A stretch of DNA of 64,000 nt. It comes from Dimorphilus gyrociliatus. Its lineage: Eukaryota > Animalia > Annelida. The notes under the pieces are model-generated. The model ran no database searches and was not told where the DNA came from. It was given only the letters and a program-made list of their open reading frames with translations. Positions 25,301 to 38,549 of this stretch are shown in pieces. A program made the position numbers and the translations under genes. How positions within the stretch are numbered: the first letter of the stretch is position 1; every line of letters begins with the position of its first letter. The stretch covers positions 412,964 to 476,963 of the forward strand of contig CAJFCJ010000026.1 of NCBI GenBank assembly GCA_904063045.1. The letters run 5' to 3'.

Positions 25301-26369
25301 CTTTTTCAAGAGTAAGGTACAGGTCAAATGGTCAAATTTTATAGATAAATTAATGTTAAATAATTTCTGGCAGTTTCTGAAGATGAAGGTTGATAACAAT
25401 ATTTTTACTTCCATATAGTGCTGGAATGATATGGTTTTTGTTTGAAGTACTCTGTAAGAAATCGAAGGTGAAGGTCGAAAACTTTAAAACCAGTTGTGTT
25501 AATTGTGTGCTTTCCCTACACTCAAAGCTAGAGAATCTTGTACTCCTTTCTCTCTGAACAAATTTCAGAATTTTTGTAAGATAAATAAAATTTAGCCTAT
25601 TTGTAGTCCGGTATCTTATTCCGCCTAAAAAGCGTTTCATAATATTTTATTACTTAAATGAAGCTTTCTAGAATGGTTTTTCTGTAATCTTTAAAGTTAA
25701 TGCAGTTTAATGTGGTTCTTATTCCACTTTAACTTTTAAAGATTATGCTTTTTTTAGCCACTGTAGAGAAATGTATTTCAGAAGATATTTTCTTTTAGTT
25801 TTAGTATGGTTTCCCTTTCCATTTTAAAATTAACTTTTCATTTAAATCTAATTTTCTGTCAAATATAAGAAAAAACACATTGTATTATGTTAGCTGTGAT
25901 ATCAAAATATTTTAAAAGATACATATATAAGTGTGTCTGGTTCTAGTCCCTTCCCCCCTCTTTTAAAGTGTGATTCCCTTTGTAATAATATATTTCAACA
26001 AATTTAAATTGAAAATAAAAAGTCTAGTATGGTTTCCTATCACTCTTGAAAAAACAGATGTTAAAATACAATATTTCCTTAATGTTTTAGAGTGGTTACT
26101 GTTCGCACCTTTAAAGTTGCTCTCTGAAATAACAATACATAGCATTTAAAAGATATGTGTTTTATCAACATTATAAAAAATGAAAAAGTAGTCGGGTTCC
26201 TATTCACACAAAAAAAAGTCACATTAGAATGCACTGTAAGAAATATGGCTGCTGTATTAAATTGTAATTGTAATTTGCAATTAAAAATATACTTTAGTTT
26301 GGTTCTTGTCCAACTTGTCCTATCTGAAAAAAAAGCAGTTAAACAGTGAGGGGCAAAAATATCCGTAGG

Positions 26370-26905
26370 TTAAAAAAAGTGGTCTGGTGATATAAGATGT
26401 CTGCATTAATAAATCAATGTATGTCAATTTGTTTAATTTGAAATCATCCCACAAATCAAAAATTTATTTCTGTTTGTCAAAATACATTTTCTTTTGATGT
26501 TTGTTTGTAAATCATTTTCTCTGACAATAATTTCTCATATCAATTCAGCCTCATTCTTTAGCTCATCAACAAGTATGTAAAAAGATCCTTTGGCAGGTAG
26601 CTTACTGTTCATTCTTTGATGCCATCCCTCACAATCATTATTGGTTCTAATTGATAAACCAAAAACTGACCAATGATTAGAGGTACTTGTTTCATATCAG
26701 CAGTTGGATTTTGATACCAAGTTCACCTAGTTTTTTTGTTTCAAAGATTAAAATTCTTTCTCCAATTTCACAAATGTCTTTCTGAAGAAATTCATTAGCT
26801 AAAAATGTTGTGTTCAACTGACCTGAATTTTTGTCTCTTTGAGTTTGTCATTCTTTTTTAAGTAATTGATATCAGAAAAACATTTAGCATTAGGTTGATA
26901 TGATG
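26370..26905 (-). mobile_element. Inverted MULE remnant (C-terminus plus part of core)
   Basis: Reverse complement of 7780-8080 (..DLWDDFKLNKL..); 26750-26905 matches 20390-20580. Confidence 0.8.
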
Positions 26906-27059
26906 AAAATTTTTTTAGTATGGTTCCCGTCTCCATATAAAAAATTCTTTGATATTTTAGGAAAAAGAGAGTTGGAAAATGATGAAATCTTTGAATTTAA
27001 TTAAAATAACTTCATTTTACAGTACTCTAATTTTAAATTGCTGAATTGGCAGGATTTTC

Positions 27060-30000
27060 AATAATTAACTGGTAGAAAATTTCCAATACTGGAAAGTCAC
27101 TTTTCTAATACTGAAAAATTTCACTATGTTAGTATTAGCGGTATTTTCAAATAATAATTAATGAAAGATTTAACTGGGCGATAATGCGTCAGAAAACTAA
27201 TTGTCTTCTTCTTTCAACTCAATTTCTTTTGCAAAATTAATTAATGTCAAAGGCCATATGGGCGATAATATATCTATTAGAGGTTTGGTTGCAAAAAGCA
27301 AAATGCTTCAATATCCAAATGTTAAAATTAGCGGTATTTTCAAATAGTACTTAACGTAAAAAAAAAGCCATCATGGACGATAATGTAATGTCTTAAAGCT
27401 AAGTCAGTGAGCGATAAGATCAAAGGAAAGACTGTTTTCCAATCTATTGGGAGATATTGCCCAACAGCAATTAAAAACTCGCGGCCAGAACCTTAGTAAA
27501 ATATTACAAGTTGTTCGCTTAGGATTTCGATTGCGAATGATCATGGAGACGTCGGGACGGTCTTTATGTAGACTGAAATATCATTGGCAAAATATTCCAA
27601 CTTTTTTCCAGAACCAAAACGAGGTTAAAATAAACCGGTAGAAAAGTTTGTTTTTGTTTTTCTACCTTCTATCAGGTAGCTATGATAAAACCTGGTAAAA
27701 ATTTTTTTGCACATACAGAAAAAAAATCACTTTTTTTTTTTTTATACCAGTTTTCTTTCACTTAAAAGACTCTTTTCTGGACATCTTGGAGAAAAACTCT
27801 TTAACAGTATGGTTAACTGCTCCAAATCGTAAATGATATTCCATGAAAACCAATAGGATATATCAACTAGAGGGAAACTAAATTAAAAATTTTTTAAATT
27901 TTTTGGACACTACTGTCCTAAAAAAGAGAGAGAAAACTTTTACTGGATTATCTTAAAAGATTAACATGATAATCTTTTAAATATTTTCAAATCTACTATA
28001 ATAGATGTTCTTATCTGATGGATAGACATTAAAGATTAGGCGACTCTTTTCAGAGTCAACTTTTAACAATGTTATACCTTGTTAATCTTGTATTCCTTGC
28101 TTTTATACTCTTATGAATTTTAGGACGTTAGGTGGCGTCTCTTTTAAGTAAAAACTGGTAATATAATTATTTTTTAGGATACTACTCAACTTTACTACTC
28201 AACCTTGACCTTCAAAGTCACGCGATTTTTTTTTAAAAATCACCTTTACTATCCGGCCATATTTTTGGCCTAAATTGACCTTCACCTTAAAAAAAAAATT
28301 TTTTCAAAATTTTCTAACTTGACCTTCAATACTAAAATACCCCATTATCGCTCATTAAATTGGCTTTGTAATATAGTTGGATGATTGATAAGAAGTTAAA
28401 AAAAAAGGAAGACAAATTTTCAAAAAAAGAAATATTTATTAAAAAAAACAATTTTATAATGAACTTATATCAATTTCTTGAATATCAATTTTGAAACGAG
28501 TGACAATTGGACAATCATCATCATCATCATAATTATCATTTCTATCCTCAAGCTCTAGCTTTTCCTCTTCTATCTCAACCTCTTCTTCTTCTTCTTTTTC
28601 TTCTTTCTCTTGTTCTTGTTTGTTTTTAAAAATTTCTTTATTATTGTTAACATCTTTATCTTGAATTCTAGTGTCATTAAGCATTGTTTTTCTTCTTATA
28701 TGACACTTTTTCAATGAGACTTTTAAATGATATGATTGGATTGTTTCACATGTTGGACATTTAGAATCTGAAATTTTAAAATTAAAAATTTCCACATTTA
28801 CATATATATTTTTCTTTTTTTTTTACTTACCAGTTAAACATTTTTTATGAGTTTTTTTCTTGCATAATGAACAGACAGCTTTCCCTTTGTTTTTTAAAAA
28901 TTTCTTACAAATAAAACACTTCAACGCCATTTTTAACTAACAACTGAACAGTGAGAATTGTCAACCAATATAATTTTAGCGAAAACTGGTAGAAAATATC
29001 TGGATATAAACAACTATATTTTCGCTCAATCAAAATACCCTTCTTCTAAGCAATTGTTTAAGATATTTAGTCCAGTAACACATTAGTATAAACAGTAGAA
29101 AATGAATAAATTTAGGATAGGAATTTGATTTCTACATATTAAAAAAAATTTTCTGTTTTGAATTCATATGAATAAATTATTTAAATTTTTGAATAAATTA
29201 TTTAAATTAATAAATAGCTCCAACTCCTGTAACTGGTGATATTTTAACAAAAAAACTTATAGTTCGGTTCCTGTTCGTTTCCCTAACAACCAACTCTTTA
29301 TAACATAGTGTGGTTCCCCCATTTTTTTTCTATCAAAAAACTTTTCAAACTTTCTCATATTATAATTTTTCAAATGTATTTTAATATGGTTCCCGTCAAA
29401 CATGAAACTTTAAAAAATAGAAAAAGCTTAGAAAAACTTAAGTCTAAAATGCACTGATTTTAACTGGTAGATGGCAAAACATTCTGATATGGTTGGCTTT
29501 CATTTAAAAGATGGCAGCACTACATTAATTTACAGAGAGGTTGAGTCAGTGTGACTTGTTAACATTACATTCTAAAGGAAGAACTCTAAAATGCAAAGTT
29601 TTTATTAGTCTACAGTAATTAACTGGTAGAAAATTTCTTGTACAGGAAAAAATCTTTGAAATGGATTCCTCACTAGGAATTAATTATTCTTTTCAAAACA
29701 TAATTTGATATAAAAAGCCCAGTGAGCGATAATTGACAATAATGTTAAAATTAGTGGTATTTTCAAATGCTAATTAGTGTTAAAGGCCTACCAAATTGGC
29801 GATAAACAGAGAAAATGAAAACATTTTTTCATTAAAAAAATTTAAAAATGTTCAAAAAATTGAAGACTCAGAAAAGAGATGATTAACTAACAATAGAAGG
29901 AAAATTAATGGTTATCTTTTTTCTAGGTCAAAACTAACTTGACCCAGAAAAAATTTCTTATATCTGATTGATATTTGATGAAAGTCAGAGAGTATAGCAA

Positions 30001-30150
30001 ACTAACATCCCCAACCTTTGATATAATCTTTTTTTAAGCCATATCAGAATTAACTGGTACATCAAAACAAATTTTTTTTTTTCTCTATAATAAATTGCAA
30101 TTAACCGGTAGAAAATCTCTGTTACAGAGAAAGAGCGATAATAGCCTATC
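27060..30150 (+). promoter_or_regulatory. Repeated non-coding module: AATTAACYGGTAGAAAAT + GCGATAA + TTAGCGGTATTTTCAAAT
   Basis: aactggtagaaaat-type at ~27065, 27633, 28982, 29620, 30101; ttagcggtattttcaaat at ~27135, 27328, 29750; gcgataa at ~27178, 27262, 27411, 29724, 29799, 30136. Confidence 0.6.
28454..28930 (-). CDS. Intact-looking two-exon mini PHD-finger (C4HC3) protein with acidic tail, ~137 aa
   Basis: ATG 28930; exon 1 28930-28831; GTAAG..CAG intron 28830-28768 (63 nt); MALKCFICKKFLKNKGKAVCSLCKKKTHKKCLT^DSKCPTC..LKVSLKKC..EEEEEVEIEEE..DDDDD; joins frame of ORF 28454-28795. Confidence 0.7.
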
Positions 30151-30879
30151 ACTTCTGTAACAGCTTAGTAATTAGGATCAAGTCAGCTGGACTGAGTGGT
30201 GAAATGTTTTTCATCACCGCTTTTAAACGTTTTGCTAAAATGGGTGGGGGGTGTGGCTTAACGATTAGTTTACCCAATCGACCGTTAGGGTAATTTTTTA
30301 CTTTTCCAAACGAAAACTGGTACTAATATAATTTAAATTTTAATGATTATTTTAAGGTAATATTTTTATATGTACTGGGATACCAGTCTAAAGTTTGGAA
30401 AGTGATAAAAACCGGTATAAAGCATAAATAAACCTGGTAAAAACATTTTGGGATGAGAAAAACATTCTGGTAGCTTGGTCGCCTGTTCCTTGCCAAGAAA
30501 GTATAGGTTGGAGAGCCATACCAATATACGTTTATGAATTTTTTAATACTATAGCCTATTATTAAAATGACAATAGACTGGTTCTTGTACTTTTTTAATT
30601 AATTCCTTTTTTTACTTTTTGTTAAAAACGTTTTGAATTGCGATATACTATTACCTTGATAATCCTAAGCAGTATAGTCATATTTGATTTTCTCCTAGAC
30701 TGGTTCCGATTTCTTTTCCCTTAGTGAGAAATTAATAAAAATTAACTTGAAATTCTATTTTCTACACTTGTTCTCGGAAATCTCCATCCTCTCTTTAAGA
30801 AAATTCAACTGATTTTAAGATATTTAATTTATTTCCCTCATTAAAGTTTTCTTATTGAAAACATGTTTGATTAAACTAA

Positions 30880-31270
30880 AGAGCCACAAATAATGGTAAT
30901 GTTTCTGAAAATCAATAATTGGGAAGCTGATCAAACTTAGATTGTAACAATTTTACAAAAAGAACTCATTTGAAATGAATAAGGAAGAAAAATCAGATCC
31001 AAATGAACAAAAATTCACACTTCTCCTTGAAAGAGGCCAGAAAGGCAAAGATATTCTATCACATGATGGAAACAAACAAAGAGGAAATATATTCTTTATC
31101 TCAAGTCATATAAATCATAAATGTGACAAAAAAGCAATGTCAGGTCATCAGGTAGAAAAATTGCTGAAGATTTTTGACCCTTTTGTTCAACTTTTCTCCA
31201 TTCATTTTTTTTATAAGAAAAAATGAAGAAACAAAGCAATTGGCATTTATTTTTATGATATCAAAGAACA
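30880..31270 (+). pseudogene. FLYWCH-MULE remnant
   Basis: QKFTLLLERGQKGKDILSHDG; DPFVQLFSIHFFIRKNEETKQLAFIFM. Confidence 0.75.
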
Positions 31271-32680
31271 AACCATATAAACTAGTATTTAACAAAACTT
31301 CTTTTAATTTAAAAAAAACCCATAATAATACAGGGAACCAGTCTAAAGGACAATATTTTGGTGTGATAAATAAATAGATATTTGTAAAGTTTTAAGTCAG
31401 TCGGACGAAAAATGGAAACCAGTTTAATCCAAATAAAACTTTTTTTATTTATCACTCATTCGACAATATTGACCAAAATAATTTAAATCATTGTTTTTAT
31501 ATAATATTTCCATGTTTAATCATTATAAATATAATTTACCAACGAAACGGTACTAGTAGTGACCTCTATAGCATTGTGCTTATAATAATAATACACGCAG
31601 GTCATAATGTACATATATATATAAAGGAGAATATTTAAGCAGTCATTTATTCCTTCAAGTGAACTGACCAGGCGCATTAGACTGGTAATTCTTTTTGAAA
31701 AAAGAAAACATATAATTTTCAAATTTATATGTTTTATCGCTCATTCAAACAGTGTTTAATAATTACATCATACATATTTGAACAATCCATAGTCGCCATT
31801 TTGATTATATATTACGATTTAAATTTTCATTGAAACTACTCAGTAAAACGATTAAATTCCACTTTAATTAACTGGTAGATACTTGATTATGACTTTCTTA
31901 TAAAAAAAAATGATAAAGGAGACAAAATATGTTTGTTTGTTTTTTGATTTTTGGCAAAACATTCTTTTACAATAAAGTTTTCATTTTAATTGAAATTCTT
32001 TGATAACATAAAAGACTGGTTGAGCAGTAAAAAAAAATCATTGAGCGAAAATTGGTGTAGAAAAATATGACGAAATAGTCAGAATACCGGTTATCATAGA
32101 AAAAGTTTTTTTTTTTTTTTAAATCAAATCACTCCTTATTTCTTTTAATTTATAAAGAAAAACCCTGTAAATTGGTGTGCAGATTGTAATGAACTATTCT
32201 TTTTAGAGCAATTACTTTATTATCAATTCAAAATGGTAGAAATTCATTTTGTAGAGAAGCATCCAAATGAAAATTTTTGGAATAAAAAGAGAAAATATTC
32301 CCAGAGTTTTCCACAACTTTTTTTAGATAGGAGGATAAAAGAGGTAAAAAGAGAGTTTTTTTTTTTTTTTTTTAAAAAAAAATTCTCATCTCTTTTTGTA
32401 TTTAAAAATTTTTTAAATACATCAGTAAATCAATTTTTAAAGGAGCATAATTAACTTGAAATCAATGACCTATAAAACTATAAATAATCTCAATTTCTGT
32501 TATAATAACAGTAGTCACAAGACAAGTATAATTTTGTGAAAGAATGGTAAAAACTTTTTTACCAATGCAAAAGTTGTTGATATTTTTCTCAAATACCAAT
32601 AACTTTTTAGGTGATAGGCCTGTATGAATTTAACACCTCAACTGACTGTCTACACCTCTTTTATATCAATTTTCTCTACT

Positions 32681-32732
32681 AGGTGGCGTTGATTTATCGA
32701 AACTAATTGAGTAGTATTCTACAACGCCACCT
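32681..32732. promoter_or_regulatory. Inverted pair of CTCF-like sites (11-bp inverted repeat)
   Basis: aggtggcgttg (32681-32691) and caacgccacct (32722-32732). Confidence 0.45.
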
Positions 32733-33299
32733 TTAATATTTTTTATAAACTTATAGACAGGTAACCATGCTATATCCTTCCTTTCATGAGCATCATATGA
32801 CAGCGAACCATATTAATAGTCAATGAAAGAATTACAACTAGGTCAAAGGGATAAATAATACTGTTGGCCTTTTTTATTAGTTTGGTTCCCTGCCCATAAG
32901 GGAAAACAAATTGTAGACAGTTATCCGATACGCTTTTTCTAGACTGGTTACCATGGAAAATATTTTAATTAAACAGATTACATTTCTTACTGGAATAGAC
33001 TGGTTTCCTATTTTTGTTTTAGCATAAATTTGAAGTTCTGTTAGACTGGTTCTCAAGTTTTGTTTCAAGTTTTTTTCTGTAGTGTGGTTCCTATACATTC
33101 AAAATTGTATAGTAAATTGTGTAAAGCTGTTGTACTGCATGATATTTTTCTGCTGTCAGTCTGGATCTATTCAGAGCAAAGCCATACATTTTACACTGAC
33201 TGCTTTTGGAAACTTACATAATATTTTTGTAAAAGTTGGGTTCCCAGTTCCAAAGTACTAAGGGCACATTGTTAAATATGCTCAACAGTATTTCTTTTC

Positions 33300-34720
33300 C
33301 AATTCTTGTCAATTAGAATATTGATTTTCTTCAAATTTTTAACCAGGCAATCAATGATGGTGTTTAGCGCCCTCTTGCGAAGGTTAGATATACCTATAAA
33401 AAATGGGTACTGGCTTTGCATCTATTCAGTAAACTTTTGTACAGGCAACAGCTTTGTACCTCTTATTAGTTTAGCATTTTCTCACAAAACATTTTTCTAT
33501 TTCTTGCTAGGCTTTGAAGCTGATTAGCCATTCTAATTACTTAATTTACATAGAAACAAATCAGTTTTAACAGTTTGTTAAAGTGAAGTATAAAATGAAT
33601 GTGTGAAAGCTGTCTGCTAAAATTGTTCAATGTATCATATCAATGATATATCTGGAAAAAAAAAAAACAGTAACAATAATACTTCCATCTTCTCTGAAAA
33701 TTTCTTTTCAAGATTTTTGGTGAATTAGTTGTAATATTTTTCAAATAATCCACCAATGTCAAGGTCACATAAATGAGGGGTGGGGTTGCCTATCTCAGTG
33801 ACAAAAAATTTCCTTTGAATATGTTTTTCTAAATTTGCAAAAAAAGATTGTAAAATGATTTGCTGTTTCTTCTATGAAATTCTTCCACACAAAGTACTCT
33901 TTTATTTTGTTGAGACAGTTTGGGTCCAACCACTGTTTTCCAAAGTGACTTTTGAAAATCCATTCTTATGATTTTTGCTGAATAAACACTAATCAATTCT
34001 CTTACATTCTGATGGAAAAGGAAAAGGATAATCTTTTTTGTATTGAATATCATTTGAAAACATACTTTGAACAAAAGTGAGTATGCTGTTCTCTTTTTGG
34101 AAGGAAGCAGAGCAAAACTAATGAAACCTGTTTATTTCCCCATCTTTCTTCAAGAAACTATGGATTAAAATCATTTGCTTGAATGGTTGATTAACAAATT
34201 TAAAGATTCCATTCAATAATGAAATCTTTGATGCTGACAACAGTTTTAATTGCTTTACTGTTGTAAAAAATCAACACTCTTTCATTTTGATGTAATAAAT
34301 CACATTTGAAGGAAGCCATCATCAGCAATAAATGAATGATTTTATTAAAAATCAATTCTGTTTCTATTGGTTAATTTTTCCTTCTATGATGATTAACAAA
34401 GACTAAATGAACAATTAAAGATTTTCCTCTCTGACTTCCATTTTCAAATATCTCAAAATATCCATCAATTAGCAAAATACTCTCTTCTACTTCAAATGAA
34501 CTTTCATCAAATATTGAATTGCATGTTGATTTATCAGGTTTTTACTTCAAGTTCTCACATTCATGTTTGTGTCCTCATTTCATTTCACTTTTGCAGCAAT
34601 TTCTTCAATGACACTTTCTTCTGTACTACCTTTTGATGGAACTGTTACACAAGTATACTTTTGCAGTGATTTTCCTTTTTAGAATTTTCACTATGATTGA
34701 CATTGCTTGTTCTTGACTTT
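33300..34720 (-). mobile_element. Degenerate FLYWCH-MULE transposase pseudogene
   Basis: Minus strand: FEIFENGSQRGKSLIV; QLKLLSASK..GIFKFVNQPFKQMILIHSFLKKDG; IIRMDFQKSLWK; many stops and frameshifts. Confidence 0.7.
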
Positions 34721-37700
34721 AAGTAAAAAAACAATTCAGTTTAGAAACCTGTCCACAATGAAATTGTAAAACCAGTCTACCATGAATTTTTAACTTAATT
34801 TTATAACTAAAAAGACCACTCATTTTTTACAAAAATAATAATAGATTATGAAAAAAGAAAGAACCAGTCTATCATAAAAAATATGAAAACTTTTGGTCCT
34901 TACTTCAAAATAATTAATTAGTAAAAAAAACTGGTTCTGGGATAAAGTCTCTGAACCACTTGACAAAAAAGTATTGAAACTAGTCTGGGCACCAGTCTAT
35001 GAAAAAAATTGTGAAGAAAGTTCCGTCTTAAAAAGACTGGTTTCCTCAAAAAATGGTATTTTCACACTTAAAAAGAAATTAAAAAAAGGCTGGTTCCCAT
35101 TACCAAAATTTTTTTCTGAAAGAAAGTTATTGAGAGTTCTTTTTTTCATATTAAAATCAGTTTGATAACAACTCAATTTACAATTTAGAACAATCTGGTT
35201 CTTGTCCCAATATATGGAATTTTTACCTTCAATTTGTAATTGAACTTATCAAATCCTTAGTATGGAAATAGTGCCAAAATAATTTTCAAAGTCCTTTACT
35301 TTTCTCTTGATGGATGTGGCTTTGTTGATTTGTCCCTTTTTCTTATTAATCCAAAAAGAAATTTTCAATATAATATAATGAGTTTATTTTTTTTAGGGAA
35401 CACTAACCAGTCTAAAAAATATCTGTGTAAGTAATTTCAAATATTTTTAAATACAGGAATAAGGAACCAGTTTTTAAAAACATATTAAATTTTAAAAATC
35501 AATTGTTTTGTTTAAACATAAATGTGTTACTTTATTATCGTTCAGGCGTAAATATTCCCATTTCCAATCATACTGCTTAAGGTGGCCACTGAACCCGTCT
35601 ATATAAAGGGCATAGGAAGTTAAAAATGTCAATGTTTTTTAAAAAATTTGAAGGTCAAGGTTATTTCAAATTTTTAAAACCAGGCTACTAGATTTATTTT
35701 GATTAAAAAGATACAATTAAAATAATGTTTATTATAATCCTGAATATTGGAATTATATAAAGCAAGGTCAAGGTTAAAATTATGCAGTTGACTATGTGCA
35801 ACAATTTACGGAAAGGAAACCAGTTTAAACTGGTTATATACAGAATTCTATACTTTTTCCACATGTGTGTGTATTTTAGTAAGACCCTCATAAATATTCA
35901 AAATTGAAAAAGTATCAACAATAAAATTGAAGTATTTTTCTTTATTACCATTAAAAATTAGACTGGTATGGGCTTCTTAGCTACCGTTATCGAAAAGAAA
36001 ATACATGAAACTGTAACCAGTCTTTGAAATAGATTCAGTATATTTTGGTTAAAAAACAATTTGAGTTCAAGCGAACGTCTATTAAACCAGTCTATTTTTA
36101 TATGAAATTCAGTGATTAAGCTGAGAAAGGCCAAGAAAAGTTTTTAAAGAAAAACACTAGATATTAGTATGGTTTGTATTCCTAGTCTCCAACGTAATGA
36201 TAACTGTGTTTCTTTGATAAAACTGTACAAAAGTCGCAGTAGACTTAACTAGGCCTAAATATTAAAAAAGGAAATATCGATATGGTTCCTATCCCTGTAA
36301 ATATAATTAAAAATAACCTCTTTTTTTAGCCTGGTTCTTCTTGTATAAAAAAAATATGGATGATTCCGGTTGTAGACAATTTTTAAGGGACTGGAGCCAC
36401 TTTAATAAATACCATCGTTATTAAGGAATGGGTAACCAGTCAATCTGGAAAAAAATAATTTTTTATTTTACTAATGTCAACTTAGTAACCCTTTTTGACC
36501 TAATCAATAATTTGAATATAGCGGAATAGATACCAGTTTAAAATAAACCAAAAGTCAATAACTTTTTGTCTTTTGTCGTTGTAGAAATAGTATGGCTACC
36601 TATTCCATTATCAAAAAAGAGCTTCTTTAACATCTTTTACTTTAGCAACCAGTGACATTGGAAAAAAACTGTTTTTATTTAATTCTCTGAGTAAATGCTA
36701 ATGTAACATACAGCAAAAAGAAATAGTTGGGCATTAATGATGACCTTGTTGACGTTCAGGTAACCATGCTAAACGTTATTTTTTTTATAATATTAAAATG
36801 GTTAAGTATTCCTAAAATTTTCTAAAAGAAAGGAATACAACAAAAAATTGTGTTTATTATGGAAAACCATACTAAAACAGTATGTTGTAAAAACTGGTGC
36901 ACAATACACCAAAAGATTTATGCTTGATGTAATTGAAACTTTTTCATCCACAAAATAATGTCAAGGTCACTGGGAATTGTTTTATGGAACAATTATAACC
37001 ATACCACTTTTACGATTCCATGGATTTCATAAAACTGTTGACCTCTTTTCTTAAATCAGTATTGAACTTTCTTCTTTATAACCTATTTTATGTTATTACA
37101 ACGGATTAAAACAGCCGTTTAAATACATATTCTCGTATGGCTCCCGTTCCAAATCAAAATATTTAAAAATAATTTATAATGTTTACGGTGGAAAAGTATC
37201 TTTTAGTGTGGGTTCTATTCCACTCTTTTGACTATATTATAATACATGTAAATGTAAGTGTCTACTTTTAAAAGCTGGTATTCGAAATAAGAATTTTAGA
37301 ATATCTTTAAAAATTTGGAACGGAAACCAGGCTAAAGACATATTTGTCTTTCCATTTTTTCTATTAACAAAAATATTTAGCATCTGTGAGAACCACACTA
37401 ATAATTTAGTACGATGCAGAAAATGAAAAAAAACCAGACTACTTTTTTGTGAAATCACATTAATAGTTATTTTATAGTTATAAAAACATTTAGTAATGTG
37501 AAGGGGAACCACATTAAAAAAATAAATTTTGTCATTTTGGCCAGTAGGAATGAACAGTATCGTTTCTTTTAAAAGAAAAGACTTAAAAAAAATAATTTCC
37601 ATATTTAACTTTGACAAATATAGAACCAGTCTAAAGAGTAAGAAAGAACAAAATAGAGAGACTGGAACCATACTAAAAATATTTGAAAAAAACTAAACCT

Positions 37701-38549
37701 GAAAGAGTAACGTAAGCAGATTGTTATTGGGCAATTTTTTTAATTTTAATTTTGTTGTTTAGTATGGTTTTCATTCCATTTAAAATTGATCACATCTTTT
37801 AAAAAATTTGTATAGTTTCCCAAACAGAACGAATTTCATATTTCGCTTTTTTAGTAAAGAAATGAAGCGTAAAAACCTTAAAACATTTTCTTGGACTGGG
37901 AACCACACTAATACTTTTTTAAATACTAACCCTGTTCTTAAATAAATAAAAATGTAAGATAAATAGTTAAATGCATTACTTCGAATTGGAACCACACTAA
38001 AAAACGGTTTTCTTCAAATCTATTTAAAAATATGGAATATAAAGGAGGAGAACCATATTATTACACTGACCAAAAATATACCAGATTACATTACTAGCAA
38101 AGCGGAAGTGAAATTAGCGCAAAATTGTATATAAAAATTAATAACTGGTAAGGTCAATGTCAAGGTTGTTTTCAATTAGAATGCGAATGATAAAAAATGA
38201 AATAATTTTTTAAAACAACCAAATTATTTCTACGGTTGAAACGGAAACGGAAATGGAAATATTGAAACAAATTTTAAACGTGTTTTGACGTCATTTTTTA
38301 GTACTTGAATTTTCTTTTTTGCAGTATTTCACTAAATTAATACGATGACGTCATAAGTAATTAGTAATTAAATATTCAATTAATTAATAGGCTTATAGGG
38401 TTTTTATTTCTAGAAATATTTTTGCAGATAGATAGATATACGATATAACAAACAAACAACAGTGTTATTTTTACAACGTAATCGAGCGATAATACAGGAA
38501 CAGTATACAATTTAAAAACAAAAAAAAAAAACAACGATACTAAACGTTC

